NCBI RefSeq assembly: GCF_000195975.1
Contig: NC_005070.1
Coordinates: 2,010,001 to 2,042,000, forward strand
Source: Parasynechococcus marenigrum WH 8102
GTDB lineage: Bacteria; Cyanobacteriota; Cyanobacteriia; PCC-6307; Cyanobiaceae
Direction of reading: 5' to 3'
Length of the DNA stretch: 32,000 nucleotides
The notes under the pieces are model-generated. The model did no database searches, was not told the DNA's origin, and worked only from the letters and a program-made list of their open reading frames with translations. The translations under genes were made by a program, and so were the position numbers. Of the stretch, positions 16,756 through 26,343 are shown piece by piece. Position 1 is the first letter of the stretch, and each line of letters starts with the position of its first letter.

Positions 16756-18828
16756 GTGGCTCGCGACTTCCCCCTGGAACGCGTCAGAAATATTGGTATC
16801 GCCGCCCACATTGACGCCGGCAAAACCACCACCACTGAACGGATCCTGTTCTATTCAGGCGTGGTGCACAAGATCGGTGAGGTGCATGACGGCGCCGCCG
16901 TGACCGACTGGATGGCCCAGGAACGGGAACGTGGCATCACCATCACCGCGGCTGCCATTTCCACTTCTTGGCAGGACCACCGGATCAACATCATCGATAC
17001 ACCCGGGCACGTGGACTTCACCATCGAGGTGGAGCGTTCCATGCGGGTGCTTGATGGAGTGATTGCAGTGTTCTGCGCCGTGGGTGGTGTCCAGCCCCAA
17101 TCCGAAACCGTCTGGCGTCAAGCTGATCGCTACTCCGTTCCGCGGATGGTGTTCGTCAACAAGATGGACCGCACCGGCGCGGATTTCCTCAAGGTTCACG
17201 GGCAGATCAAGGATCGGCTCAAGGCCAATGCCGTGCCCATCCAGCTCCCCATCGGAGCCGAAGGCGACCTGAGCGGCATCATCGACCTGGTCGGCAACAA
17301 GGCTTACATCTACAAGAACGACCTCGGCACCGACATCGAAGAAGCCGAGATCCCTGCCGAAATGGCCGATGAGGCTGCCGAATGGCGCGCCACGCTGATG
17401 GAGACCATTGCGGAAACCGATGAGGCTCTGATTGAGAAGTTCCTCGAAACCGGCGAACTGTCCACCGAAGAGCTCAAGAAGGGAATCCGCGAGGGTGTGC
17501 TCAAGCACGGCTTGGTGCCGATGCTCTGTGGTTCGGCCTTCAAGAACAAAGGCGTGCAGCTGGTGCTCGATGCTGTCATCGACTACCTTCCCGCCCCTGT
17601 TGATGTGCCCCCGATTCAGGGTGTGCTCCCCGACGGGAAAGAAGCGGTTCGCCCGTCCGACGACAAGGCACCCTTCTCCGCCCTGGCCTTCAAGGTCATG
17701 GCAGACCCCTACGGCAAACTAACCTTCGTCCGGATGTACTCCGGCATCCTTGAGAAAGGCAGCTACGTACTCAACTCCACCAAGGGCGAGAAGGAGCGCA
17801 TCTCCCGTTTGGTGGTGCTCAAGGCTGATGACCGTGAGGAAGTTGATGCTCTGCGGGCCGGCGATCTGGGTGCCGTTCTCGGCCTGAAGAACACCACCAC
17901 CGGTGACACCCTCTGCACCCAAGACGATCCGATCGTCCTCGAGACACTGTTCATCCCGGAACCGGTGATCTCTGTGGCTGTTGAGCCCAAGACCAAAGGC
18001 GACATGGAGAAGCTCTCCAAGGCTTTGGTTTCTCTGGCTGAAGAGGATCCCACCTTCCGCGTCAATACCGACTCCGAGACCGGCCAGACCGTGATCGCAG
18101 GCATGGGCGAACTCCACCTGGAAATCCTCGTGGACCGCATGCTGCGCGAGTTCAAGGTGGAAGCCAACATCGGTGCACCTCAGGTGTCCTATCGCGAAAC
18201 CATCCGTGGTTCCGCAGGTGGCGAAGGCAAGTTCTCCCGTCAGACCGGTGGTAAGGGTCAGTACGGCCACGTTGTGATCGAAATGGAGCCCGGCGAGCCT
18301 GGCTCCGGGTTCGAATTCGTCAACAAAATCGTGGGCGGTATTGTTCCGAAGGAATACATCAAGCCCGCCGAGCAGGGCATGAGGGAGACCTGCGAATCCG
18401 GTGTGATTGCCGGATATCCCCTGATCGATGTGAGATGCACCTTGGTGCATGGCTCATACCACGACGTCGACTCTTCGGAGATGGCGTTCAAGATCGCCGG
18501 ATCCATGGCCTTCAAGGACGGCGTCAAGAAGTGCAATCCTGTTCTTCTTGAGCCGATGATGAAAGTCGAAGTCGAGGTCCCCGAGGATTTCCTCGGTTCG
18601 ATCATCGGCGACCTGTCCTCACGCCGAGGCCAGGTTGAGGGCCAAGGCGTTGAAGATGGCACATCCAAGATCTCGGCCAAGGTGCCCCTTGCCGAGATGT
18701 TCGGTTACGCCACCGAGCTCCGCTCCATGACCCAGGGCCGGGGCATCTTCTCGATGGAATTCGACAACTACGCCGAAGTTCCTCGCAATGTGGCCGAAGC
18801 CATCATTTCCAAGAATCAGGGCAACTAA
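16756..18828 (+). CDS. fusA: Elongation factor G
   Basis: GTG start preceded by [40 protein letters not shown]...; 690 aa with the full EF-G domain set. Confidence 0.99.
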   Translation: MARDFPLERVRNIGIAAHIDAGKTTTTERILFYSGVVHKIGEVHDGAAVTDWMAQERERGITITAAAISTSWQDHRINIIDTPGHVDFTIEVERSMRVLDGVIAVFCAVGGVQPQSETVWRQADRYSVPRMVFVNKMDRTGADFLKVHGQIKDRLKANAVPIQLPIGAEGDLSGIIDLVGNKAYIYKNDLGTDIEEAEIPAEMADEAAEWRATLMETIAETDEALIEKFLETGELSTEELKKGIREGVLKHGLVPMLCGSAFKNKGVQLVLDAVIDYLPAPVDVPPIQGVLPDGKEAVRPSDDKAPFSALAFKVMADPYGKLTFVRMYSGILEKGSYVLNSTKGEKERISRLVVLKADDREEVDALRAGDLGAVLGLKNTTTGDTLCTQDDPIVLETLFIPEPVISVAVEPKTKGDMEKLSKALVSLAEEDPTFRVNTDSETGQTVIAGMGELHLEILVDRMLREFKVEANIGAPQVSYRETIRGSAGGEGKFSRQTGGKGQYGHVVIEMEPGEPGSGFEFVNKIVGGIVPKEYIKPAEQGMRETCESGVIAGYPLIDVRCTLVHGSYHDVDSSEMAFKIAGSMAFKDGVKKCNPVLLEPMMKVEVEVPEDFLGSIIGDLSSRRGQVEGQGVEDGTSKISAKVPLAEMFGYATELRSMTQGRGIFSMEFDNYAEVPRNVAEAIISKNQGN

Positions 18829-18878
18829 TCCTGATCTCTAAACTCCTCTCATTCCAACCCTCGATTCTTTAACCACAA

Positions 18879-20078
18879 ATGGCACGCGAGAAGTTCGAAA
18901 GGAACAAGCCCCACGTCAACATCGGCACCATCGGCCACGTTGACCACGGCAAAACCACCCTCACCGCTGCGATCACAAACGTGCTCGCCAAGAAAGGACA
19001 GGCTGAGAAGCAGGACTACGCCGATATCGACGGTGCTCCAGAGGAGCGTGAGCGCGGCATCACCATCAACACCGCCCACGTTGAATACGAGACCGACACG
19101 CGTCACTACGCCCATGTGGACTGCCCCGGTCACGCGGACTACGTGAAGAACATGATCACGGGTGCTGCCCAGATGGACGGCGCCATCCTGGTCTGCGCCG
19201 CCACCGACGGCCCTATGGCTCAGACCAAGGAGCACATCCTGCTGGCCAAGCAGGTGGGTGTTCCCGCTCTGGTGGTTGCACTGAACAAGTGCGACATGGT
19301 CGATGACGAAGAGATCATCGAATTGGTTGAAATGGAAGTGCGTGAGCTGCTGGACAGCTACGACTTCCCCGGTGACGACATCCCTGTTGTACAGGTGTCT
19401 GGCCTGAAAGCTCTCGAAGGCGAAGCCGAGTGGGAAGCAAAGATCGAAGAACTCATGGCTGCCGTTGATGAGGCCATCCCTGAGCCCGAGCGTGAGGTTG
19501 ACAAGCCTTTCCTGATGGCTGTTGAGGACGTCTTCTCCATCACCGGTCGTGGCACCGTGGCCACCGGTCGGATCGAGCGTGGCAAAGTCAAGGTTGGCGA
19601 AGAGATCGAAATCGTTGGTATCAAGGACGCTCGCAAAACCACCGTCACCGGTGTGGAGATGTTCCGAAAGCTCCTCGAAGAAGGAATGGCTGGCGACAAC
19701 TGCGGCCTTCTGCTCCGCGGTATCCAGAAAGAGGACATCGAGCGCGGCATGGTGCTGGTGAAGCCCGGTTCCATCACCCCTCACACCAAATTCGAAGGTG
19801 AGGTTTATGTGCTCAAGAAGGAAGAAGGTGGCCGCCACACCCCCTTCTTCGCCGGCTATCGACCGCAGTTCTACATCCGTACAACGGACGTGACCGGTCA
19901 GATCACCGCATTCACCGCCGATGACGGCAGTGCTGTTGAGATGGTGATGCCCGGTGACCGCATCAAAATGACCGGTGAGCTGATCTGCCCTGTGGCCATG
20001 GAAAACGGCATGCGCTTCGCCATCCGCGAAGGCGGCCGCACCATTGGTGCCGGCGTGGTCTCCAAGATCATCGAGTGA
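18879..20078 (+). CDS. tuf: Elongation factor Tu
   Basis: [33 protein letters not shown]...; 399 aa. Confidence 0.99.
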   Translation: MAREKFERNKPHVNIGTIGHVDHGKTTLTAAITNVLAKKGQAEKQDYADIDGAPEERERGITINTAHVEYETDTRHYAHVDCPGHADYVKNMITGAAQMDGAILVCAATDGPMAQTKEHILLAKQVGVPALVVALNKCDMVDDEEIIELVEMEVRELLDSYDFPGDDIPVVQVSGLKALEGEAEWEAKIEELMAAVDEAIPEPEREVDKPFLMAVEDVFSITGRGTVATGRIERGKVKVGEEIEIVGIKDARKTTVTGVEMFRKLLEEGMAGDNCGLLLRGIQKEDIERGMVLVKPGSITPHTKFEGEVYVLKKEEGGRHTPFFAGYRPQFYIRTTDVTGQITAFTADDGSAVEMVMPGDRIKMTGELICPVAMENGMRFAIREGGRTIGAGVVSKIIE

Positions 20079-20100
20079 TCATCATCAGCTGATCACTGAT

Positions 20101-20140
20101 GGATGGGGGGAGTCATCCCCCCATCCCCTACATTTGTTTT
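20101..20140 (+). terminator. GC-rich hairpin plus a distal T-run between tuf and rpsJ (partial terminator, attenuator or processing site)
   Basis: GGATGGGGGGA-GTCA-TCCCCCCATCC (20101-20126) forms a perfect 11-bp stem with a 4-nt loop. CCTACATTTGTTTTG follows. The T-run is not immediately adjacent to the stem, so this may be a leaky terminator or an RNA stability element. Confidence 0.4.
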
Positions 20141-20194
20141 GAACCTCGACAACTGAATTCAGGACTCCCTTGGGATCCTGTTCGCTTCTTTCTT

Positions 20195-20515
20195 ATGTCC
20201 ACTGCCATTGCTCAGCAGAAGATCCGCATTCGCTTGAAGGCGTTTGACCGCCGCATGCTGGATCTCTCCTGCGACAAGATTATTGAGACGGCCGATCAGA
20301 CCGCTGCAACAGCGATCGGCCCCATCCCTCTCCCCACCAAACGCAAGATCTACTGCGTTCTGCGTTCTCCTCACGTGGACAAGGATTCCCGCGAGCATTT
20401 CGAGACCCGGACCCACCGCCGCATCATCGACATCTACAGCCCATCGGCGAAGACCATCGATGCCTTGATGAAGCTGGACCTCCCCAGTGGTGTCGACATT
20501 GAAGTGAAGCTCTGA
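20195..20515 (+). CDS. rpsJ: 30S ribosomal protein S10
   Basis: From ATG 20195 the translation is [81 protein letters not shown]...; 106 aa. The track ORF start at 20099 lies inside the tuf-rpsJ hairpin and is not credible. Confidence 0.97.
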   Translation: MSTAIAQQKIRIRLKAFDRRMLDLSCDKIIETADQTAATAIGPIPLPTKRKIYCVLRSPHVDKDSREHFETRTHRRIIDIYSPSAKTIDALMKLDLPSGVDIEVKL

Positions 20516-20570
20516 ACGCTTCAGCGTCAGATTCTGCTTCCTAGGATCAACAAACGTTTGAGCGGCGTCC

Positions 20571-21221
20571 GTGTCCGATTTTTCCGTCAGGGAGCTTCCC
20601 CTGTTCCCCCTGCCGGACGTCGTTCTGTTTCCGCAACAGCTGCTGCCGCTGCATATTTTTGAATCCCGCTATCGGATGCTGCTCCAGACCGTTCTGGAGA
20701 CAGATAAACGGTTCGGGATCGTGCGAATCAATCCCGAAAACGGCGAGATGGCCGAGATTGGCTGCTGCGCCGAAGTGCTCCAGCACCAGACCACCGACGA
20801 TGGGCGCAGCTACATCGTCACCCTTGGCCAGCAGCGTTTCCGCGTGCTCAATGTCATCCGTGAAACCCCTTTCCGCTCAGCCATGGTCAGCTGGATGGAA
20901 GACGAGCCAGTCGAAGACCACGCCGAGCTCAATGCATTGCGCGACAAGGTCAGTTCAGCCTTGAACGATGTCTTTTCACTTACGGCCAAGATCCAAGGCC
21001 GCCAAGAGGAACTACCTGATGACCTCCCCGATCTGCCGCGGGAGCTGTCGTTCTGGATCGGAGCCCATCTCGACAACCGCGCCGCTCCTGAACAGCAGAC
21101 CCTGCTGGAGCTCAGTGACACCAACGAGCGCCTGGAACGTCAATTCGAGATGCTCGACCACACCCGTCGCCAACTGGCGGCCCGAACAGTGCTGATGGAT
21201 CTCAAGGAGCAAGACGTCTGA
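20571..21221 (+). CDS. LON N-terminal substrate-binding domain protein (no ATPase or protease domains)
   Basis: MSDFSVRELPLFPLPDVVLFPQQLLPLHIFESRYRMLLQTVLETDKRFGIV is the typical start of a LON/PUA-like N-domain. The protein is 216 aa with a GTG start. Confidence 0.85.
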   Translation: MSDFSVRELPLFPLPDVVLFPQQLLPLHIFESRYRMLLQTVLETDKRFGIVRINPENGEMAEIGCCAEVLQHQTTDDGRSYIVTLGQQRFRVLNVIRETPFRSAMVSWMEDEPVEDHAELNALRDKVSSALNDVFSLTAKIQGRQEELPDDLPDLPRELSFWIGAHLDNRAAPEQQTLLELSDTNERLERQFEMLDHTRRQLAARTVLMDLKEQDV

Positions 21222-22150
21222 TGTTGGCTGGCCTGCTTCTCCTGACCGGGGCTGCCGGTGCCACGGCCCTGCTGATCTGGTTGCAGCGTGATCGCCGCTA
21301 CCACTCCTCAGACAGCGTCGCCGCGGCCTACGACGCCTGGACCGATGACCAACTGCTGGAACGGCTCTGGGGAGACCATGTCCACCTGGGGCATTACGGA
21401 AACCCGCCAGGTTCTGTCGACTTCCGCCAGGCCAAGGAGGCTTTTGTGCACGAGCTGGTGCGCTGGAGCGGGCTCGACCAACTACCTCGAGGCAGTCGGG
21501 TGTTGGATGTGGGTTGCGGCATCGGCGGCAGTGCCCGGATCCTGGCCAGGGATTACGGCTTGGACGTGCTCGGGGTGAGCATCAGCCCAGCCCAGATCCG
21601 CCGCGCCACAGAACTCACCCCCGCCGGCCTCAGCTGTCGCTTTGAAGTGATGGACGCCCTTAACCTTCAACTTCCCGATCGGCAATTCGATGCGGTGTGG
21701 ACGGTGGAGGCGGGGCCCCACATGCCAGACAAGCAGCGTTTCGCTGATGAGTTGCTGCGGGTACTCCGGCCCGGGGGCTGCTTAGCCGCCGCTGATTGGA
21801 ACCGCCGCGCCCCCAAGGATGGCGCCATGAACAGCACCGAACGCTGGGTGATGCGGCAGTTGTTGAATCAATGGGCGCATCCGGAATTCGCCAGCATCTC
21901 CGGCTTCCGGGCCAACCTCGAAGCCAGCCCTCACCAGCGGGGCCTGATCAGTACCGGCGACTGGACTCTGGCCACCCTTCCCTCCTGGTTTGATTCGATC
22001 GCCGAAGGCCTCCGTCGCCCCTGGGCTGTCCTGGGCCTTGGTCCCAAAGCAGTGCTTCAAGGCCTGCGAGAGACCCCGACGCTGCTGTTGATGCATTGGG
22101 CCTTTGCCACAGGGTTGATGCAGTTCGGCGTCTTTCGCCTCAGCCGCTGA
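21221..22150 (+). CDS. SAM-dependent methyltransferase of the tocopherol/plastoquinone pathway type (MPBQ/MSBQ methyltransferase-like, as I recall Synechocystis sll0418)
   Basis: It has an N-terminal TM helix. Motifs seen are SSDSVAAAYDAWTDDQLLERLWGDHVHLGHYG, the SAM motif VLDVGCGIGGSARILA, VEAGPHMPDK and LRPGG. The specific substrate assignment is from memory of family sequences and has not been searched. Confidence 0.75.
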   Translation: MLAGLLLLTGAAGATALLIWLQRDRRYHSSDSVAAAYDAWTDDQLLERLWGDHVHLGHYGNPPGSVDFRQAKEAFVHELVRWSGLDQLPRGSRVLDVGCGIGGSARILARDYGLDVLGVSISPAQIRRATELTPAGLSCRFEVMDALNLQLPDRQFDAVWTVEAGPHMPDKQRFADELLRVLRPGGCLAAADWNRRAPKDGAMNSTERWVMRQLLNQWAHPEFASISGFRANLEASPHQRGLISTGDWTLATLPSWFDSIAEGLRRPWAVLGLGPKAVLQGLRETPTLLLMHWAFATGLMQFGVFRLSR

Positions 22151-23000
22151 CCAGTTCACTGCTGGGGTAAGCCCCAAAGTGCGCCAGGTGCTCACAGAGC
22201 GGTGTCAGTGCTGCCACCAGGGTGCTCAGAGCTTCTGGCTGCTGCGCAGGCAGTTCCACATCCACGAAAAAGACGTACTCCCCCAACTCGCGCTTGGAAG
22301 GCCGCGATTCAATCCGGCTCATGTTCAACCCCTGTTCCGCCAGACAGGCCAGGGCTTCCAGCAGGGCACCTGGTGCATTGCGATGCATTGAGAACGCCAG
22401 GCTGGCCACATCCCCCTCCAGGCGCCGTTCCCCGCGGTGCAACAGCAGAAAACGGGTGCGGTTGCCTGCCACATCATTCACCGGATAAGCCAGTTCCTCC
22501 AGTCCGTGCTCCAGGCCGGCTTTTCGGGAGGCGATCGCCGCCCGGAAGCGACTGCCCGCCACCATTCGCGCCGCCTCAGCGGTGGACGACGTGGGCAGTT
22601 GCAGCGCCTGAGGCAACTGAGCTGCCAGCCAGCCGGAACACTGCGCCAGGGCCTGAGGGTGAGACAGCACTTCGGTGACGTCCTGCAACGATCCACTGCC
22701 CAGCAGGGCATGGCGGATCGGCAGCACGAGAGCGCGGCGGATGCCGAGGTCGGAATGGGCCCAGAGCGCATCGAGCGTGGCCGTGACACCACCCTCCACC
22801 GAGTTCTCCACAGGGACCACCGCCGCATCAGCCCCTGCCTGAGCCAGACACTCCACCACGGCCCGCAGTCCAACACAGGGCAGAAAGCTCACCTCCGTCA
22901 GTCCTTCCAACTCGGCTAAAGCGCGGCTGGCCTGCTCGCCATAGGTCCCTGCTGGGCCGAGATAGGCGATGCGGGTGGGCATCGGAGGCGGGGAGAACAC
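22140..23000 (-). CDS. pheA: Prephenate dehydratase
   Basis: The family N-terminus is RIAYLGPAGTYGEQA. The ACT domain carries the ESRPSKRELGEYVFFVD motif. The start is either GTG 23000 or ATG 22982 (MPTRIAYLG...). The 3' end overlaps the convergent methyltransferase gene by 11 nt. Confidence 0.93.
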   Translation of the reverse strand: MFSPPPMPTRIAYLGPAGTYGEQASRALAELEGLTEVSFLPCVGLRAVVECLAQAGADAAVVPVENSVEGGVTATLDALWAHSDLGIRRALVLPIRHALLGSGSLQDVTEVLSHPQALAQCSGWLAAQLPQALQLPTSSTAEAARMVAGSRFRAAIASRKAGLEHGLEELAYPVNDVAGNRTRFLLLHRGERRLEGDVASLAFSMHRNAPGALLEALACLAEQGLNMSRIESRPSKRELGEYVFFVDVELPAQQPEALSTLVAALTPLCEHLAHFGAYPSSELVSG

Positions 23001-23011
23001 TGGATAGGATC

Positions 23012-23599
23012 ATGCCCTGTCGGGAGATGGTCATGCCCCTGGCCTTCTGTGCCAGCCAGCGACTTGATCTACCCGTGAACCGCCAGAGCGAGCTGCTGCC
23101 GGACTATCTCCAGCAGGAGGACAGGGTGATTGCATCCCTGCTGGATCCACGTCAGTTGACCCGTTTAGCTCCGGGCACCTATCGCTACACCGTCACCACG
23201 CTTCAGGTGTTTCAACTGCAGGTGAAGCCCGTCGTCTCCCTGGAGATCGAGACCGTCGACGGCACCATGCACATGCGCGCCCTCGACTGTGAATTGGAGG
23301 GCCTTGGAATCGTGGATGACTTCAACCTCACCCTCGAGGCCAGCCTGAGCTGCAACAGCAAGGGCCTCAGTGGTGATGCCCGGCTTGCGGTTCAGGTCAG
23401 CCAGCCTCCGCTGTTGCGACTGATTCCCCGCCGCGTGCTGGAAAGTACCGGGGAGTCGATTCTTGGCGGCATTTTGCTGGGCATCAAGACGCGCGTGGGC
23501 CAGCAGTTGATCGCAGACTTCAAGCGTTGGTGCCGCGAGAGCCCCACCCTGATGTCACCCCAGAAAGCGTCGGAGAAAACTGCGGCGATGCAGAGCTGA
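23012..23599 (+). CDS. Conserved cyanobacterial hypothetical protein (DUF1997-like)
   Basis: 195-aa ORF with normal codon character. The pattern ([33 protein letters not shown]...[11 protein letters not shown]) resembles the DUF1997 family as I remember it. Alternative ATG starts are at 23027 and 23033. Confidence 0.6.
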   Translation: MPCREMVMPLAFCASQRLDLPVNRQSELLPDYLQQEDRVIASLLDPRQLTRLAPGTYRYTVTTLQVFQLQVKPVVSLEIETVDGTMHMRALDCELEGLGIVDDFNLTLEASLSCNSKGLSGDARLAVQVSQPPLLRLIPRRVLESTGESILGGILLGIKTRVGQQLIADFKRWCRESPTLMSPQKASEKTAAMQS

Positions 23600-24229
23600 C
23601 GGTCCGAGATCGAGCAGGGCTGCACGGTGCAGGGCCGTGCCGTAACCGGCGTGGCGTTCCAGGCCATAGCCCGGGAACCGCTGCGACAGACGCTGCATTA
23701 ATGCATCCCGGCACTGTTTGGCGATCACGCTGGCAGCAGCGATCGCCAATGAATGTTGGTCGCCGGCCACGATGCTGCGCTGTTCACCTGTCCATGGGCG
23801 CAGAGGCAGATTGCCATCCACCAACACCAGCTCCGGCCGATTCGGTAGCCGCTGCAGCGCCCTCAGCATGGCCAACTCGGTGGCAGGACGGATCCCAAGG
23901 CGGTCGATCTCTCGGGTTGACGACTGGCCCAGCCCCCAGGCTTCTGCCTCATGTTCAATCAACGGTACCAAGTCCCCTCGCCGGCGTGCGGACAACCGTT
24001 TGCTGTCTGTGAGCCCCTCCTGCTGAAGACGGCTGGCGTTGGCAGCCTCCAACACAACAGCCCCAGCAAAGACGGGGCCAAACAGGCAGCCCCGTCCCAC
24101 TTCATCCACCCCGGCGACACCGCGGTGGCAGGGGATGGAATCAATCAGGAGAGGCTGAGGCCGAAGACCGACGCCGGCGACGGCGGGGTTCCTCGGATTC
24201 CGTGTCTTCAGCGGTGGCTTCAGACCCAT
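23555..24229 (-). CDS. rnhB: Ribonuclease HII
   Basis: The catalytic N-terminal motif is [24 protein letters not shown], followed by [10 protein letters not shown] and VDG.... Between ATG 24229 and the catalytic motif there is no ATG, GTG or TTG, so the gene must start at 24229 or 24274. Either start lies inside the 3' end of rne. Confidence 0.9.
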   Translation of the reverse strand: MGLKPPLKTRNPRNPAVAGVGLRPQPLLIDSIPCHRGVAGVDEVGRGCLFGPVFAGAVVLEAANASRLQQEGLTDSKRLSARRRGDLVPLIEHEAEAWGLGQSSTREIDRLGIRPATELAMLRALQRLPNRPELVLVDGNLPLRPWTGEQRSIVAGDQHSLAIAAASVIAKQCRDALMQRLSQRFPGYGLERHAGYGTALHRAALLDLGPSALHRRSFLRRFLG

Positions 24230-26093
24230 CAACAACGACAGCCGGCGTGGGCTCAGGCAATGGCGGCACCTCATCCAGCACCACAGACTGATCGGCCTCG
24301 AGCGGTGTGATCTCCACCATCAACGGCTGCTCTTCAACCACGGGTGGTTCCGCCACAACCACCTCAGACGCATCGAGCGGAGCTGGTGATGAAGCGCCGC
24401 TGTTGCCCCGGGAGGAGCCACGGCCACCGCGGCCACCACGCCGGCGGCGGCGGCCAGCGGTGGCCGCCAACTGCTGGCGAGCCTGCTCGAGCACGGCATC
24501 GGCGTCTTCTCCCGGCCGGACCACCCGCACCATCACATTCTCGGATTCAGGCGGCTCATCCAGCAACAGAATCGGGTTGAGGCCCAGGGTTCCGTACACC
24601 TCCTCCTGCTCCGGTGTCATGGGCACCGCCACCAACTCAGGATCCTGGCGGCGGGCAAGGGCCGGTTCCTGTGCCTCCTCCGTGGAGACCTCTGGAGCCT
24701 CGGTTGCATCGGTGTCGCTCAGCACAGGCAGGTTGTCCTGGGCGGCACGACCTCGACCGCCGCGACGCCGTCGCCCATTGCCGGAAGTCTCCGAAGGAGG
24801 GGCCACCTCAGCGCGGGCCGATGCTGCCGACCGCACCAGACCGGTCGCCGTCGCCAGAGGCTGCAGCAGATCCTTGCCGGGCAGAACCGCCACGTGCCCA
24901 AGACCGCCGCAGCTGGGGCAGGCACGACCGAAGAGCTCGTAGATGTTCTGGCCCTGGCGCTTGCGGGTCAGTTCCACCAGACCAAGCTCAGTCAACTGGG
25001 CAATCTGCGGCCGAGCAGCGTCATCCCGAACCGCCGTGGTGAAGTGCTCCAGCAGCTGCAGCTGATCCCGACGGGAATCCATATCGATGAAATCGATGAT
25101 GATCACGCCGCCGATATTGCGTAGCTTCAGCTGGCGGGCGATCTCGATGGCCGCCTCACAATTGGTCCACAGCACGGTCTCCCGTGCATTGGCAGACCGG
25201 GTGAAGGAGCCCGAGTTCACGTCAATGACGGTGAGAGCCTCTGTCGGTTCGATGATCACGTACCCGCCGGAAGGCAGGTCGACCCGAGGCTTCAGGGCGT
25301 CACGGATGGCGGCGTTGACCTTGAAGTGCTCCAACAGCTCGCTTGGCTCGCTGTGGGCCTCAACCAGCACCTTGTCCGCCTCGGCGCCTAGAAAACTGCT
25401 GACGCGGGCGACGGCGGCAGGCTCATCCACCACCACTCGAACCAAGTCGGTGCTGGTGTGATCCCGCAGGATCCTGTTAATGAAATCCTCGTCCCGATTG
25501 AGCAGCACTGGAGGAGCTGCGGTCTCGGCAGCCTGTTGGATCGCTTCCCACTGCCGCAGAAGGGATTCGAGATCATCAATCAGCTGATCTTCAGCAATGC
25601 CATCGGCTTCTGTGCGGATCAGCAACCCGGCTCCAGGCGGCTTGATCAGCACACCCAGAGCCCGCAGACGATTGCGTTCCGCCTCAGAGCTGATCCGGCG
25701 CGAGATGTTCACCCCCTGACCATGGGGCTGCAACACCAGATAGCGCCCGGGGAGCGCCAGATTTCCGGTAAGTCGCGGCCCCTTGGTGCCGGTTGGCTCC
25801 TTCATCACCTGCACCAAAACCTTCTGCCGCGGTTCCAGCAATTCGGTGATGCCGGCAGAGCCTTTCTTCAGGCGCAGTGGGCCCAGATCCGTGACGTGGA
25901 TGAACCCATTCTTTTCGCTTTCTCCAATGTTGACGAAGGCTGCATCAATGCCGGGGAGAACGTTCTCAACGGTGCCGAGGTAAACGTCACCGATCTGGTA
26001 ACGACCCTGGGCAACGATCAGTTCATCAACTCGTTCATCGGTGAGCACAGCCGCGATGCGCAGCTGCTCCGCGATGACAATTTGCTGGGGCAT
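24141..26093 (-). CDS. rne: Ribonuclease E (compact cyanobacterial form)
   Basis: From ATG 26093 the translation is [70 protein letters not shown] (S1 domain). The RNase E/G catalytic core and the Zn-link CPSCGGLG follow. The C-terminal region has three Arg-rich segments ([35 protein letters not shown]). Confidence 0.93.
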   Translation of the reverse strand: MPQQIVIAEQLRIAAVLTDERVDELIVAQGRYQIGDVYLGTVENVLPGIDAAFVNIGESEKNGFIHVTDLGPLRLKKGSAGITELLEPRQKVLVQVMKEPTGTKGPRLTGNLALPGRYLVLQPHGQGVNISRRISSEAERNRLRALGVLIKPPGAGLLIRTEADGIAEDQLIDDLESLLRQWEAIQQAAETAAPPVLLNRDEDFINRILRDHTSTDLVRVVVDEPAAVARVSSFLGAEADKVLVEAHSEPSELLEHFKVNAAIRDALKPRVDLPSGGYVIIEPTEALTVIDVNSGSFTRSANARETVLWTNCEAAIEIARQLKLRNIGGVIIIDFIDMDSRRDQLQLLEHFTTAVRDDAARPQIAQLTELGLVELTRKRQGQNIYELFGRACPSCGGLGHVAVLPGKDLLQPLATATGLVRSAASARAEVAPPSETSGNGRRRRGGRGRAAQDNLPVLSDTDATEAPEVSTEEAQEPALARRQDPELVAVPMTPEQEEVYGTLGLNPILLLDEPPESENVMVRVVRPGEDADAVLEQARQQLAATAGRRRRRGGRGGRGSSRGNSGASSPAPLDASEVVVAEPPVVEEQPLMVEITPLEADQSVVLDEVPPLPEPTPAVVVDGSEATAEDTESEEPRRRRRRSSASASPD

Positions 26094-26343
26094 AAATGGA
26101 CGTGGCAAGCCCGCGCGAGGCTCAAATCCCATCAGTCGGCATCCGCCGCACTGCAGGGGTGGTTAGGGATGGATGGGCCAATAAGGCCGGAAATGTTGCG
26201 GAGTCGAAACTCCTCTGGAACGAGCTCGAGGGAGTTTGGTTCTGTGCGGACCTTCGCTCGAGCGATGGACCTCGATATCCGAATTCGGATCAGGCAAGAC
26301 CGGAACAGGACGTGACAGAAGTGCCACCTGTTCTGTATTCAAA
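26094..26343 (-). promoter_or_regulatory. Structured leader/intergenic region upstream of rne
   Basis: A 250-nt non-coding gap lies between the stop of the upstream radical SAM gene and the rne ATG. It is dense in short perfect palindromes or hairpins on the minus strand: ATCCGAATTCGGAT, CGCTCGAGCG, CGAGCTCG, GGAGT-TTCG-ACTCC, GGCC-TTATT-GGCC and GAACAGG-N17-CCTGTTC. Confidence 0.4.

Noticed and set aside
18849-19838. 329-aa minus-strand ORF
   Set aside because: It is fully antisense to the unmistakable tuf gene and is a codon-bias artefact.
25458-26315. 285-aa plus-strand ORF
   Set aside because: It is antisense to the rne catalytic domain and leader. The rne frame carries the conserved S1 and catalytic motifs.
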